From positions 37,313-101,312 of the forward strand of contig JAQUPP010000001.1 in the NCBI GenBank assembly GCA_028716665.1: 64,000 bases of DNA, written 5' to 3'. This DNA is from Patescibacteria group bacterium (GTDB lineage: Bacteria; Patescibacteriota; Patescibacteriia; UBA2591; JAQUPP01). The notes under the pieces are model-generated. The model did no database searches. It had not been told where the DNA came from and saw nothing but the letters and a program-made list of their open reading frames with translations. The position numbers and the translations under genes were made by a program. Positions 10,053 through 18,555 of this stretch are shown one piece after another (position 1 is the stretch's first letter; every line of letters starts with the position of its first letter).

Positions 10053-10056
10053 TCAA

Positions 10057-10461
10057 TTAACATGGCAAATACTCTCCCTTTTCTATCTCATCTTTACTTA
10101 ATGCCTTCAAATGCTTATTCCATTCTTTATAAAAAGTTTCTTTCCCGCTTTTATCCTTAACTAACACAGACACAATCGGCCAGCCCTCTTCATCAGGATA
10201 ACTTATCTTTATGTCTTTTACTTTTGGACAAACATTCTGACAGCACTTAGTATGTTTCCATACACTGCCGGGAAACAATCCGCTTTCGTAACAAGCACAC
10301 CATTTAAGTTTAGTGTCTGAATCTGAAACCATAAGTCCTTGCAGAGTTGCACAATGCTCACAGATCCCCCTAATTAACAAATATTTGAAATCCTCCTTTA
10401 CTTGTACTTTTATAAGCCTGCAATCCTCCTTTACTTTTTTAAACCATTGAAGTATTTTCAT
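10057..10461 (-). CDS. hypothetical Cys-rich protein (12 Cys in 134 aa)
   Basis: ORF with a strong SD (aaaaaaaggaggaaaaATG) that is atypical for this genome. CxxC and CC motifs are present. No confident homology. Confidence 0.45.
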   Translation of the reverse strand: MKILQWFKKVKEDCRLIKVQVKEDFKYLLIRGICEHCATLQGLMVSDSDTKLKWCACYESGLFPGSVWKHTKCCQNVCPKVKDIKISYPDEEGWPIVSVLVKDKSGKETFYKEWNKHLKALSKDEIEKGEYLPC

Positions 10462-10561
10462 TTTTCCTCCTTTTTTTATTGAACTAATCTTAGATTATCA
10501 AAAATTAAGAATTTGTCAAGTCCCAAGATTGCCAACAAATTTTAAATAGGTATAATAAAGA

Positions 10562-10700
10562 TATGCCAGGTAGTGAAACTTTGACTTAGTCTTTTAAGGG
10601 GTTCTACCAAGCATATAAAGTAAAATTTTAATAATAAATTAACTATTTTTATAACTTTGACAGGAATAAATAACCGGTCAAAGTTCTACTACCTGGTATG
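10562..10700 (+). repeat. structured repeat element copy 3 (short form, 139 bp) forming the leader of the RmlD-like gene
   Basis: 5' arm tatgccaggtagtgaaactttgac, 3' arm gtcaaagttctactacctggtATG ending with the start codon. A TTGCCA-17-TATAAT promoter lies just upstream (10530-10554). Confidence 0.7.
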
Positions 10701-11549
10701 AAAAATAATAAACCAAGTTTTTATATTTTAGGGGCAAGCGGATTTATGGGCGGAAAATTCGTGGAATATCTAAAACAAAATAATTTTGAAGTTTCCAACG
10801 AAAGAATTGATATTACTGATTTGCCGGCTTTAAAGAAAAAATTTAAAGAAATCAAACCTGATGTGGTGATTAATTTTGCCGGCGTCAGAGCTTATCCGAA
10901 TATTGACTGGTGCGAAACTCACAAACAAGAAACAATTGCCGTAAATGTCGCGGGCGCGATTAACGTCGCTTTAGCCGCTCTGGAAGCGTCAAGTTTTATG
11001 ATTCAAATCGCTTCGGGCTGTATTTATTCCGGCACGCCGGAAACGCCTTTTAGCGAAGAAGATGAACCGAATTTTTTCGGCAGTTTTTATTCCAGAATGA
11101 GAGTCGCAATGCAAATGGCGCTTAAAGAATTGCCCGTTCTTCAATTGAGAATCAGAATGCCGATTTCCATGTATTCTCATCCGCGCAATCTGCTTAATAA
11201 AATAATTTCTTACAAAAAAGTTATTTCTTTGCCTAATTCCGTAACTTTAATTGAAGATATGTTTCCGGCTTTGGTTAAATTGGCGGAAATCAAACCGACC
11301 GGAATTTTAAATTTAGTGAATGACAATTATCTGACTCACGAACAAATGCTTAAAGCTTATCAAGAAATAGTCAATCCAAATCATCAATATGAATTAATTT
11401 CTTTGAATGAACTTTATAATATTACCAGCGCCAAACGAAGCAATTGCATTTTGTCCAATCAAAAAGCGAAAGATTTGGGAATAGAAATGCCGGCAATTGA
11501 CGAAAAACGGCTGAGAGAAATCATGGAAGTCTACAAAAAATCTTTGTAA
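10698..11549 (+). CDS. NAD(P)-dependent sugar epimerase/reductase (RmlD-like short-chain fold)
   Basis: N-terminal Rossmann motif ILGASGFMGG, 283 aa. Confidence 0.5.
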   Translation: MKNNKPSFYILGASGFMGGKFVEYLKQNNFEVSNERIDITDLPALKKKFKEIKPDVVINFAGVRAYPNIDWCETHKQETIAVNVAGAINVALAALEASSFMIQIASGCIYSGTPETPFSEEDEPNFFGSFYSRMRVAMQMALKELPVLQLRIRMPISMYSHPRNLLNKIISYKKVISLPNSVTLIEDMFPALVKLAEIKPTGILNLVNDNYLTHEQMLKAYQEIVNPNHQYELISLNELYNITSAKRSNCILSNQKAKDLGIEMPAIDEKRLREIMEVYKKSL

Positions 11550-11572
11550 ATTTTAGAAAATATAAAATATTA

Positions 11573-11600
11573 AAAGACCGTAGAAATCTACGGTCTTTTA
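11573..11600. terminator. terminator hairpin
   Basis: aaagaccgtag-aaat-ctacggtcttt followed by T-rich sequence. Confidence 0.55.
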
Positions 11601-11603
11601 ATA

Positions 11604-11675
11604 TGCCAGGGGGCAGAATCGGACTGCCAACGCAAGGATTTTCAGTCCTTCGCTCTACCACTGAGCTACCCTGGC
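11604..11675 (-). tRNA. tRNA-Phe (GAA)
   Basis: The revcomp folds as a cloverleaf with acceptor gccaggg/ccctggc, anticodon loop ctGAAaa and discriminator A. Confidence 0.85.
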
Positions 11676-11704
11676 GTAAAATTTAAACATCTTAAATATT
11701 AATA

Positions 11705-11790
11705 GTCCTTCGCTCTACCACTCCGACGCCTTTACAGGGACCGGAGTCCAGACTTTTACGTCGGGGCTGAGCTACCCTGGCGTAAATCAT
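11705..11790 (-). pseudogene. duplicated 5' half of tRNA-Phe carrying a 46-nt hairpin insertion in the D-loop
   Basis: The revcomp reads gccagggtagctcag[46-nt insert ccccgacg...cgtcggag]tggtagagcgaaggact and then stops. There is no anticodon loop or 3' half. It lies 29 nt upstream of the intact tRNA-Phe. Confidence 0.55.
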
Positions 11791-11823
11791 TTCAATATTA
11801 AAACATTGTAACATTTTAACAAG

Positions 11824-11894
11824 TGGGCGACCAAGGAATCGGACCTTGTACTCTTCCGTGTAAAGGAAACGTTTTACCATTAAACTAGTCGCCC
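11824..11894 (-). tRNA. tRNA-Val (TAC)
   Basis: Acceptor gggcgac/gtcgccc, anticodon loop ttTACac, T-arm caagg-tccgatt-ccttg. Confidence 0.8.
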
Positions 11895-11913
11895 CTTGAT
11901 GCCCTTTAAATTT

Positions 11914-13413
11914 TTATTCGAGAGAATAATTCGGTGGTTCTTTTGTAATAATAATATCGTGAGGGTGAGATTCGGTTTTGCCCGCCTGTGTGATTCTAAT
12001 GAAATCTGCTTTTTCGTGAAGTTCAGAAATATTTGCCGCGCCGACATATCCCATTCCACGTTTCAGTCCGCCCAAATATTGAAAAATTACTTGTTCCAAT
12101 TCTCCTTTGTAAGGTTTTAATCCTTCAACGCCTTCGGCAATAAGTTCTTTTTTTCCTGTATCCACTTGTCTATACCTTTCTCGACTGCCTTTGTTAACTT
12201 CCATTGCCCCGATAGAACCCATTCCTCTGTAGACTTTCCATTGTCTGCCATCTTTAAAAACTATTTCACCTGGCGCCTCTTTTGTTCCTGCCAGCATGCC
12301 GCCCATCATCACAGAACACGCACCTGCACCAATAGCGATAGGAATGTCTCCTGAATTATGCAACCCGCCGTCCGCGCAAACAGGAATATCAAACGCGCCA
12401 ATAGCCTTTGCGCATTTGTAAACAGCACTTACTTGAGGCGAGCCGATTCCCGCGATAACTCTTGTAGTGCAAATTGAACCCGGTCCCTGACCTACTTTTA
12501 CTCCGTCAGCACCCGCCTTGGCGAGTCGACAGGCCGATTCCGGTTCTGAGACATTACCGACTACAACATCAATTTTATAATTTCTTTTTATTTCTTTAAG
12601 TGTTTCAATAACTGATTTTGTATCTGCGTGCGCCGTACTGATTACCAACACATTAACTTTATTTTTTACCAATAAATCAATCCGTTCAAAATCATTCACG
12701 CCCACTGCCGCGGCCACGATTAACTGTCCATTTTTATCCACATTGCATCCGGTAGGATTTTTCATTATTATTCTTTGAACATCTTTAAAAACATACATCC
12801 CTGCGATTTTACCATTTTTATCCAACAACGGCAAAATCTTCTTTTTTGTTGCCATCATTATTTTATGCGCTTCTTTTAGAGAGGTCCCTTTTGGCGCCGT
12901 GATGATTTTTTTACTCATGACTTTTGCGACCGGAAGAGAAAAATCTTGGCAAAAATCAAAATCGGTCTTACTTAATATACCGATGAGTCGATTAGCTCTA
13001 TTAATAACAGGAAAGGTGCAGAAATCATATTTCTTTTCCTCTTTTTTCATGAGAATTTCCCTTACGGATTCATTTTCGTACGCGCAAATTGGTTCGTCTA
13101 TAAAGCCATTCAGATAATATTTTACCCTAGCCACTTCATCCGCTTGGTCTTTAGGAGAAAGATTTTTATGAATTACGCCAAGTCCGCCCAACAAAGCCAT
13201 TCCTATTGCCATACCGCTTTCTGTCACCGTATCCATGTCAGCGCTAACGAGAGGAATTTTTAAAAAAATATTTTTCGAAAATTTTGATTCAAGATTTACG
13301 TTGTCCGGCATAACTTCGGAATGACCCGATTTTAGGCGAACATCATCAAAAGTCAGCGCCAATCCCAGTGCTTCCATCTTCTCAAAAAATGCATCTTTTG
13401 GGAATTTTTTCAT
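11914..13413 (-). CDS. guaB: IMP dehydrogenase
   Basis: Catalytic loop [18 protein letters not shown] pair insert, 499 aa. Confidence 0.9.
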   Translation of the reverse strand: MKKFPKDAFFEKMEALGLALTFDDVRLKSGHSEVMPDNVNLESKFSKNIFLKIPLVSADMDTVTESGMAIGMALLGGLGVIHKNLSPKDQADEVARVKYYLNGFIDEPICAYENESVREILMKKEEKKYDFCTFPVINRANRLIGILSKTDFDFCQDFSLPVAKVMSKKIITAPKGTSLKEAHKIMMATKKKILPLLDKNGKIAGMYVFKDVQRIIMKNPTGCNVDKNGQLIVAAAVGVNDFERIDLLVKNKVNVLVISTAHADTKSVIETLKEIKRNYKIDVVVGNVSEPESACRLAKAGADGVKVGQGPGSICTTRVIAGIGSPQVSAVYKCAKAIGAFDIPVCADGGLHNSGDIPIAIGAGACSVMMGGMLAGTKEAPGEIVFKDGRQWKVYRGMGSIGAMEVNKGSRERYRQVDTGKKELIAEGVEGLKPYKGELEQVIFQYLGGLKRGMGYVGAANISELHEKADFIRITQAGKTESHPHDIIITKEPPNYSLE

Positions 13414-13451
13414 AAGTTTAATTTACTAAATCCTCAACGCTAATTTCAAGA

Positions 13452-13526
13452 ATCTTATTTTTGGTGGACCCGAGGGGAATCGAACCCCTTACTCTTCCAT
13501 GCCATGGAAGCGTGTTACCGGTATAC
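13452..13526 (-). tRNA. tRNA-Ala (GGC), CCA encoded
   Basis: Acceptor gggcccg with G3.U70, anticodon loop atGGCat, 3' ...tccacca. Confidence 0.85.
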
Positions 13527-13544
13527 CACGGGCCCATAAAATTA

Positions 13545-13638
13545 TTAATTAAAGTGCGGACGGAGGGATTCGAACCCTCGCAGGATTGCTCCCACATGCA
13601 CCTCAAGCATGCGCGTATACCAGTTCCGCCACGTCCGC
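13545..13638 (-). tRNA. tRNA-Leu (GAG), long variable arm
   Basis: Acceptor gcggacg/cgtccgc, anticodon stem catgc/gcatg with loop ttGAGgt, long variable arm, T-loop ttcgaat. Confidence 0.85.
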
Positions 13639-13640
13639 AA

Positions 13641-13910
13641 TTATTTTATCAATGTTTTTAAATATTCTTTACCACAACCAGATTTAAAATATTTTTCTCT
13701 TTGTCTCGCTTGATATCTAGAACCAACAAATTCTGTAAATATAATTTTAAAAGGGATATATCGTTTATTTGATTTAGTTTTTCCAATATTATGTTCTTTT
13801 AATCTTTTCTCCGGATTTTCTGACATCCCAACATAAATATAATTATATTTAATACTTTTTATAGCATAAACATAATAACTTTCCATAATTTTAAAATTGT
13901 AATATAACAA
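13641..13910 (-). CDS. small GIY-YIG nuclease family protein (YhbQ/UPF0213-like)
   Basis: YYVYAIKS...YIYVGMSENPEKRLKEHN matches the GIY-YIG core with conserved R, E and N. 89 aa; the real start may be the internal Met at residue 9. Confidence 0.7.
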   Translation of the reverse strand: MLYYNFKIMESYYVYAIKSIKYNYIYVGMSENPEKRLKEHNIGKTKSNKRYIPFKIIFTEFVGSRYQARQREKYFKSGCGKEYLKTLIK

Positions 13911-13966
13911 TTACATGCGCGTATACCAGTTCCGCCCTGCCTGCCGGCAGGCAGGCACGTCCGCCT
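13911..13966 (-). pseudogene. duplicated 5' fragment of tRNA-Leu (nt 1-31) with a 20-nt perfect palindrome inserted after position 9
   Basis: The revcomp reads gcggacgtg[cctgcctgccggcaggcagg]gcggaactggtatacgcgcatg. The 24 nt catgcgcgtataccagttccgcc are identical to 13607-13630. Together with the intact tRNA it flanks the GIY-YIG gene. Confidence 0.6.
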
Positions 13967-13976
13967 AAAATAACAA

Positions 13977-14321
13977 TTATTTTATTTCCTTTAATTTTTT
14001 TGAATGATCTTTTAAGAAATTCAATTTGGCTCTTCTGACTTTAAACTTTTTCACTATTTCTATTTTTGAAATCGTCGGTGAATACAAAGGATAAATTTTT
14101 TCCACGCCGATATTGTCAGCCGCTTTTCTGCTAACGGTAAAAGTGGCGCCTGCTGTATTTCCACCATGGCGAGAAATGACCATGCCTTCAAAAATTTGGA
14201 TTCTTTCTTTCATATTTCCTTTCGCATCCGGTTCTTTGATTTTTTGAAAAATTTTAATCATCATTCCCGGTTTAATGTCCGTAACGTTGGTTTCTTTTTT
14301 TTCTTTTTTTATATCTTCCAT
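13977..14321 (-). CDS. rplS: 50S ribosomal protein L19
   Basis: ...KIEIVKKFKVRRAKLNFLKD... L19 C-terminal signature, 114 aa. Confidence 0.85.
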   Translation of the reverse strand: MEDIKKEKKETNVTDIKPGMMIKIFQKIKEPDAKGNMKERIQIFEGMVISRHGGNTAGATFTVSRKAADNIGVEKIYPLYSPTISKIEIVKKFKVRRAKLNFLKDHSKKLKEIK

Positions 14322-14367
14322 ATTAAATTTTAATTTTGATTAATATATTAAGGCTAATAACATGTTT

Positions 14368-14402
14368 AGGAGAAGAGGCTCTAGGCAGGAGCCTCTTCTA
14401 AA
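14368..14402. terminator. bidirectional terminator hairpin
   Basis: agaagaggctc-taggcag-gagcctcttct. Confidence 0.55.
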
Positions 14403-14944
14403 ATAATTTTCTTTATTTTTTCAACAGTTTCTTCCAGCTTCCCTTCTTCATTGGTGATAACATAATCCCAGTTATCAAGGGTGGCCAATTCTTTTTGTGT
14501 TTCAGCCAAACGTTCTTGAATTACTTCTTCCGAATCTTGTCCGCGGCTGCGCAATCGCTTTTCCAAAATTTCAATTGATGGAGGAATAATGAAAATCACT
14601 TTTGCCTCCGGGAATTTAATTTTGATTGTCTTTGCGCCTTGGCAATCAATTTTAAAGAGAATTGCTTTATTCAACTGCATTAATTGCTCCACATCCTTTT
14701 TCTGCGGACCGTAATAATTACCGTAAACCAAAGCGTGTTCAATTAATTCGTCATTTTTTATCATTTGTTCAAATTTTTCTTCTGAAACAAAATGATAAGG
14801 ATGGCCCTCTGATTCGCCTTGTCTCATCGGACGCGTGGTGGTAGTAACTACCCAATTAAAATCAAGATTCTCTTTTTTAAGACCTTCAATCACACTGTCT
14901 TTGCCTGCTCCGGAAAGTCCGGAAATTACGAATAATTTACTCAT
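14381..14944 (-). CDS. gmk: guanylate kinase
   Basis: P-loop GLSGAGKDS, GMP-binding TTRPMRQGE...YHF, 187 aa. Confidence 0.9.
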   Translation of the reverse strand: MSKLFVISGLSGAGKDSVIEGLKKENLDFNWVVTTTTRPMRQGESEGHPYHFVSEEKFEQMIKNDELIEHALVYGNYYGPQKKDVEQLMQLNKAILFKIDCQGAKTIKIKFPEAKVIFIIPPSIEILEKRLRSRGQDSEEVIQERLAETQKELATLDNWDYVITNEEGKLEETVEKIKKIILEEAPA

Positions 14945-15707
14945 TTTTACCTCCCTGTCTGCCTGATAGGCAGACTTTTTTATTTAAAAAATCCTTTAAT
15001 TCTTTTGGCAAATCGCTTTTAAATTCTTGCCATTGATTATTTAGATCGTAAAAACCCAGATAACCGGCGTGAAGAAAAATTCTATCTAAATCGGTTTTTG
15101 CTTTGCTGTGCTGCTTGTCTCCGACAATCGGACAGCCGATTGATTGCAGATGAAGACGAATTTGATGCGTTCGACCGGTAAACGGCCTGAGTTTTAATAA
15201 AGTAAATTTTGGAAATTCTTGAACAACCTCGTATTCGGTTATCGCCGGCTTGGAAATTTTAATATTTTTTTTAGATTGAACAACGACTAATTTTCCTTTT
15301 TTTGTTCGGCCAATTGGTAATTCAATTGTTCCTTTTTTTTGCGAAGGCCGGCCGCAAACCAAAGCCAAATATTCTTTTTTTACCCGGCTATTTTTAAACT
15401 GATCAATAAAATATTCAAATGATTTTTGATTTCTGGCAATTATCATCAATCCGGAAACGTTTTGGTCCAAGCGATGAACAATCCCCGGTCTTTCACTCTC
15501 ATTAATATCTTTTATTTCAGGATAATTTTCAATTAACCAATTCGCTAAAGTATTTTCTTTTTGATGTTTGGTAGGATGCACCAATAATCCGCTCGGTTTT
15601 TCAATAATCAAATAATCCTTATCTTTAAAGATTATATTCGGTTTTAAAAAAAAGTCAACCCCCATACCAAACGGCGATATATTTTTAAAATGCGATGAAT
15701 TATTCAT
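14937..15707 (-). CDS. RluA-family pseudouridine synthase
   Basis: Catalytic motif HRLDQNVSGLMIIA and GRTHQIRLHL. Confidence 0.8.
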   Translation of the reverse strand: MNNSSHFKNISPFGMGVDFFLKPNIIFKDKDYLIIEKPSGLLVHPTKHQKENTLANWLIENYPEIKDINESERPGIVHRLDQNVSGLMIIARNQKSFEYFIDQFKNSRVKKEYLALVCGRPSQKKGTIELPIGRTKKGKLVVVQSKKNIKISKPAITEYEVVQEFPKFTLLKLRPFTGRTHQIRLHLQSIGCPIVGDKQHSKAKTDLDRIFLHAGYLGFYDLNNQWQEFKSDLPKELKDFLNKKVCLSGRQGGKNE

Positions 15708-15854
15708 TATATTTGATTAATCTGTTCTAAATTTTAAAATTTATTCTATTTTAAAAAAAGTTTAAAAATATATTACTGAGCATTTTATCACCGTTCAGGT
15801 GCGGGGGTCAATCCCCATAAAAATCATTCTAGCTAAAAAACTAATTTTTGTCAA

Positions 15855-15895
15855 AAAAATCCCCCGCTCTTTTATAAGCGGGGGCTGTTTTTATT
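15855..15895 (-). terminator. terminator hairpin downstream of the 672-aa island gene
   Basis: cccccgct-cttttataa-agcggggg flanked by an A-run and a T-run. Confidence 0.55.
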
Positions 15896-17909
15896 CACTT
15901 TTTATCTCTTCCTCAAAAGAGATGTATTTGGGCCGGACACGCGTCACATTGTTCTTTCTGTCTAAGGTTATTTCAGTAATCCACATTCCAAGCCATGGAA
16001 CCATACCTCTTTCTTTTAAATAAGAGGTACTTCCTTCGAGACAAGGAACCAGGAATGAAGAGATTCCCTTATAATGCATGAATATCGACACATGAAGATG
16101 TCCCAGTAATAATACCCTTACTCCATCCTCAGAATTACTTTGTTCTTCCACAAGAGTTTCTATAAATCGTTGCGAACGATACGATTTTCCGTAAGGAATT
16201 CCTCCTTTAGGATGGACTAAACGTATGGTTACCCCATTAATGGTTGTCGTCCCTTCCACGATGAATTCTCCACCAATATATTCAACATTCTTCTGTAACC
16301 GAGCAAACATTTTGACGATATTGTAACCGGCAAGAACCGAATAGGCTTTTTCATGGGAAGATCCTCCAATTACTTTGAGAGGAATTTTAGAGTCAGGCCA
16401 AATTTTCTGTGCTCTTTCAAGTTGTTCATCCGCACCATGATATTTTAAATCAAATTGCTGTCCTTTATAAGCATTGGTTCCGGTAAAAACATCGCCGGAA
16501 TGAGTCATCACATCAGCCTTGGCCAGTTTAGCTTCTTGGTAGGCTCTCTCAATTAAATCCTCTCTTGCCGTTTTATCACCAATATGGGTATCGGAGATGG
16601 AAGCAATAATCAATTTCTTGGCATGAACGCCTGTTAAAGAAATTGGTTCAAATCTCCTTGAAGTCCAATCATACTTTAAAACGTATTTTTTGGCAGCTTC
16701 ATCATGCGCTATTCTATACTTCTTTTTCTGCAAACTCTGAATCACTTCCACCACATTGCCCTTATCAAGATTAAGTTTTCGAGATAATTCTCCAAGTCGT
16801 TTTGGTCTTTCCTGTAATTCTCTGAGAATGTCTCTCTCCGCCTCGTTTAAAGGAATGTTAGTATGATCACCCGAAGATTGAGGAGTATAATAGCATTGTT
16901 CCACCTGTTCATAAGCGGTCAGGATATTGAATTCCCATTCCACATCAATCGGATTGCCACCTTTATCAAGTTTAATTGTAACAATGGTGTAACCCAATTC
17001 CGGTACATTACCTTTCTTAATTTCTGCTTCTTGAGAAGGAGGCGTGGCGCAAAGACCCGGTAAAGCGATATTAATCATATCACCAGGTTTTTTTGCCGGA
17101 ATTACCAAAGGTGTAGAAAGACCTCCTAAAATTAAGAGATTTGGCCGATGAGATTTTCTCAGCATATACCGAATCGCTGCCGTAAAATTCTCTTTCACCT
17201 TTTGCGTAGGATAAGAAACCGTGTAAGGAGAACCCTTTTTAAGATGCATGACTTTAATTTTCCATTCCCCTTTTGATCCGGTGATATAAAAATTAGCTTC
17301 CAAATCTCCTTCTTTCCGCCAATTTTTTCTATCCTGACAGAGAACATGCGCTACATCCTGAGCATGAGTCAAATCACGAGGTCCATTTAAAAAATAAATT
17401 TTAAATGGCATTTTGGGTATCTCCGAAGTGAAATCAATTTGTTCGTCAAATCCTCCGCCTAAAAAATCCTGACCGTTGCTTTTAGTTGGCTTACCGCCGA
17501 CAATATTTCCGCAATGGATAACAAAACCCATTTTGCGTCTCTTGAATTCTTTCAAAGCCAAGGCTAAAAGTTCCGGCTGGTGAGTTTTAAGACCGAAACA
17601 AGTATCAGAAATAAATCCAATCTTTATTTCTGTTCGACCGGTAGATTCTAAACGAATTGACGGTCCAACTTGAGGTTCGTCAAAAAACTTAACCTCATAG
17701 ATAAATTCTCCCTTTTCCGTTCTTTGGGTTACTTTAATGTCATAACCCTGTTCTCTGAGAGAATCCACCATTTGGACAATTTTGTCCTGCGATTTCTTAA
17801 AAATCTTCGCCAAATCAGAAAGTAAATTTGGTCCTTTCTTCACCCTTTTCAGAAGTTGTTGTTCTAATTCTTCCGGGGTAAATACTTTCAAAGCTTTTTT
17901 CGACTTCAT
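15891..17909 (-). CDS. multidomain protein with two winged-helix-like segments and two calcineurin-like metallophosphoesterase domains (first degenerate, second intact)
   Basis: The second domain has the motifs ISDTHIGDK / HSGDVFTG / GGSSHE / LLGHLHV. The first has degenerate versions ISDTCFG / HCGNIVGG / GPRD. Segments ERDILRELQERPKRLGELSRKLNL and the N-terminal LLSDLAKIFKKSQDKIVQMVDSLREQGY look like winged helix-turn-helix. Strong SD aaaaaaaggaggaaaaaATG plus a TTGACA-16-TATAAT promoter. Confidence 0.5.
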   Translation of the reverse strand: MKSKKALKVFTPEELEQQLLKRVKKGPNLLSDLAKIFKKSQDKIVQMVDSLREQGYDIKVTQRTEKGEFIYEVKFFDEPQVGPSIRLESTGRTEIKIGFISDTCFGLKTHQPELLALALKEFKRRKMGFVIHCGNIVGGKPTKSNGQDFLGGGFDEQIDFTSEIPKMPFKIYFLNGPRDLTHAQDVAHVLCQDRKNWRKEGDLEANFYITGSKGEWKIKVMHLKKGSPYTVSYPTQKVKENFTAAIRYMLRKSHRPNLLILGGLSTPLVIPAKKPGDMINIALPGLCATPPSQEAEIKKGNVPELGYTIVTIKLDKGGNPIDVEWEFNILTAYEQVEQCYYTPQSSGDHTNIPLNEAERDILRELQERPKRLGELSRKLNLDKGNVVEVIQSLQKKKYRIAHDEAAKKYVLKYDWTSRRFEPISLTGVHAKKLIIASISDTHIGDKTAREDLIERAYQEAKLAKADVMTHSGDVFTGTNAYKGQQFDLKYHGADEQLERAQKIWPDSKIPLKVIGGSSHEKAYSVLAGYNIVKMFARLQKNVEYIGGEFIVEGTTTINGVTIRLVHPKGGIPYGKSYRSQRFIETLVEEQSNSEDGVRVLLLGHLHVSIFMHYKGISSFLVPCLEGSTSYLKERGMVPWLGMWITEITLDRKNNVTRVRPKYISFEEEIKSE

Positions 17910-17994
17910 TTTTTCCTCCTTTTTTTAATGAACTGAATCTATTTATAATTATATGTAAATTCGAAAAAGTGTCAATAGTCCGATAAATATACTT

Positions 17995-18025
17995 TATAAA
18001 AAAGGCGGTCATTTAGACCGCCCTG
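17995..18025 (-). terminator. terminator hairpin downstream of the 139-aa gene
   Basis: ggcggtc-attta-gaccgcc with a T-run on the minus strand. Confidence 0.5.
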
Positions 18026-18033
18026 ATTAATTC

Positions 18034-18453
18034 TCAGCAATAAGGAAGAAAATTGCCATTTTTATCACGAATACGCGCTCTGGTTTCTTTAATGCTTAAA
18101 TGCTTAACCAGATTAAATTTTATGTTGTCAATTGTCCCCTTTTCATCAATTTTATAAATTATTCCACCGCGTTTGGCGATATTTTTCGCTTCCTTGAATA
18201 TTCCCGCCCCCCATTTATTATCTTTAAAGGGAAGAAATATCCCCACCTCGCAATCAGAAATCAATTTTATAAAATAATCCATTGCCGCCGCACTGCCTCT
18301 TTTTTGCTTTAAACGTTTCGCTTCTTCCTGATGGCATTTTTCCGCCGGATTTATAATTTCCCATTTCGGAAAATAAAAATCGATTTTTTCGAGCAATCGT
18401 TTTTCTAAATCCGTATTATAGACATTTTGCGGATGTCCAAAATATATTTTCAT
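18034..18453 (-). CDS. hypothetical protein, possibly nucleoside 2-deoxyribosyltransferase-like fold
   Basis: MKIYFGHP... N-terminus and ...GAGIFKEAKNIAKRGGII... loosely resemble NDT-like Rossmann folds. Strong SD aaaaaggaggtgaggaATG. Weak call. Confidence 0.3.
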   Translation of the reverse strand: MKIYFGHPQNVYNTDLEKRLLEKIDFYFPKWEIINPAEKCHQEEAKRLKQKRGSAAAMDYFIKLISDCEVGIFLPFKDNKWGAGIFKEAKNIAKRGGIIYKIDEKGTIDNIKFNLVKHLSIKETRARIRDKNGNFLPYC

Positions 18454-18555
18454 TCCTCACCTCCTTTTTAATATACTAAATATTTATTTAATTATACATA
18501 AATTTTAAAAAAATAAAAGGTGCTTGCTAATATGCAAGCACCTGATTATTTTTTA

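Noticed and set aside
11692-11880. 62-aa minus-strand ORF, and the alternative that 11705-11790 is an intron-containing tRNA
   Set aside because: The region is tRNA-Val plus the tRNA-Phe 5' fragment. No anticodon loop or 3' half follows the insert, so it is a fragment or pseudogene, not a spliced tRNA or a CDS.
15808-15830. tRNA gene at the island edge (ggtgcgggggtcaatccccat)
   Set aside because: Only a T-arm-like stem-loop is present, with no acceptor, D or anticodon arms. It is kept only as a possible att-site remnant.
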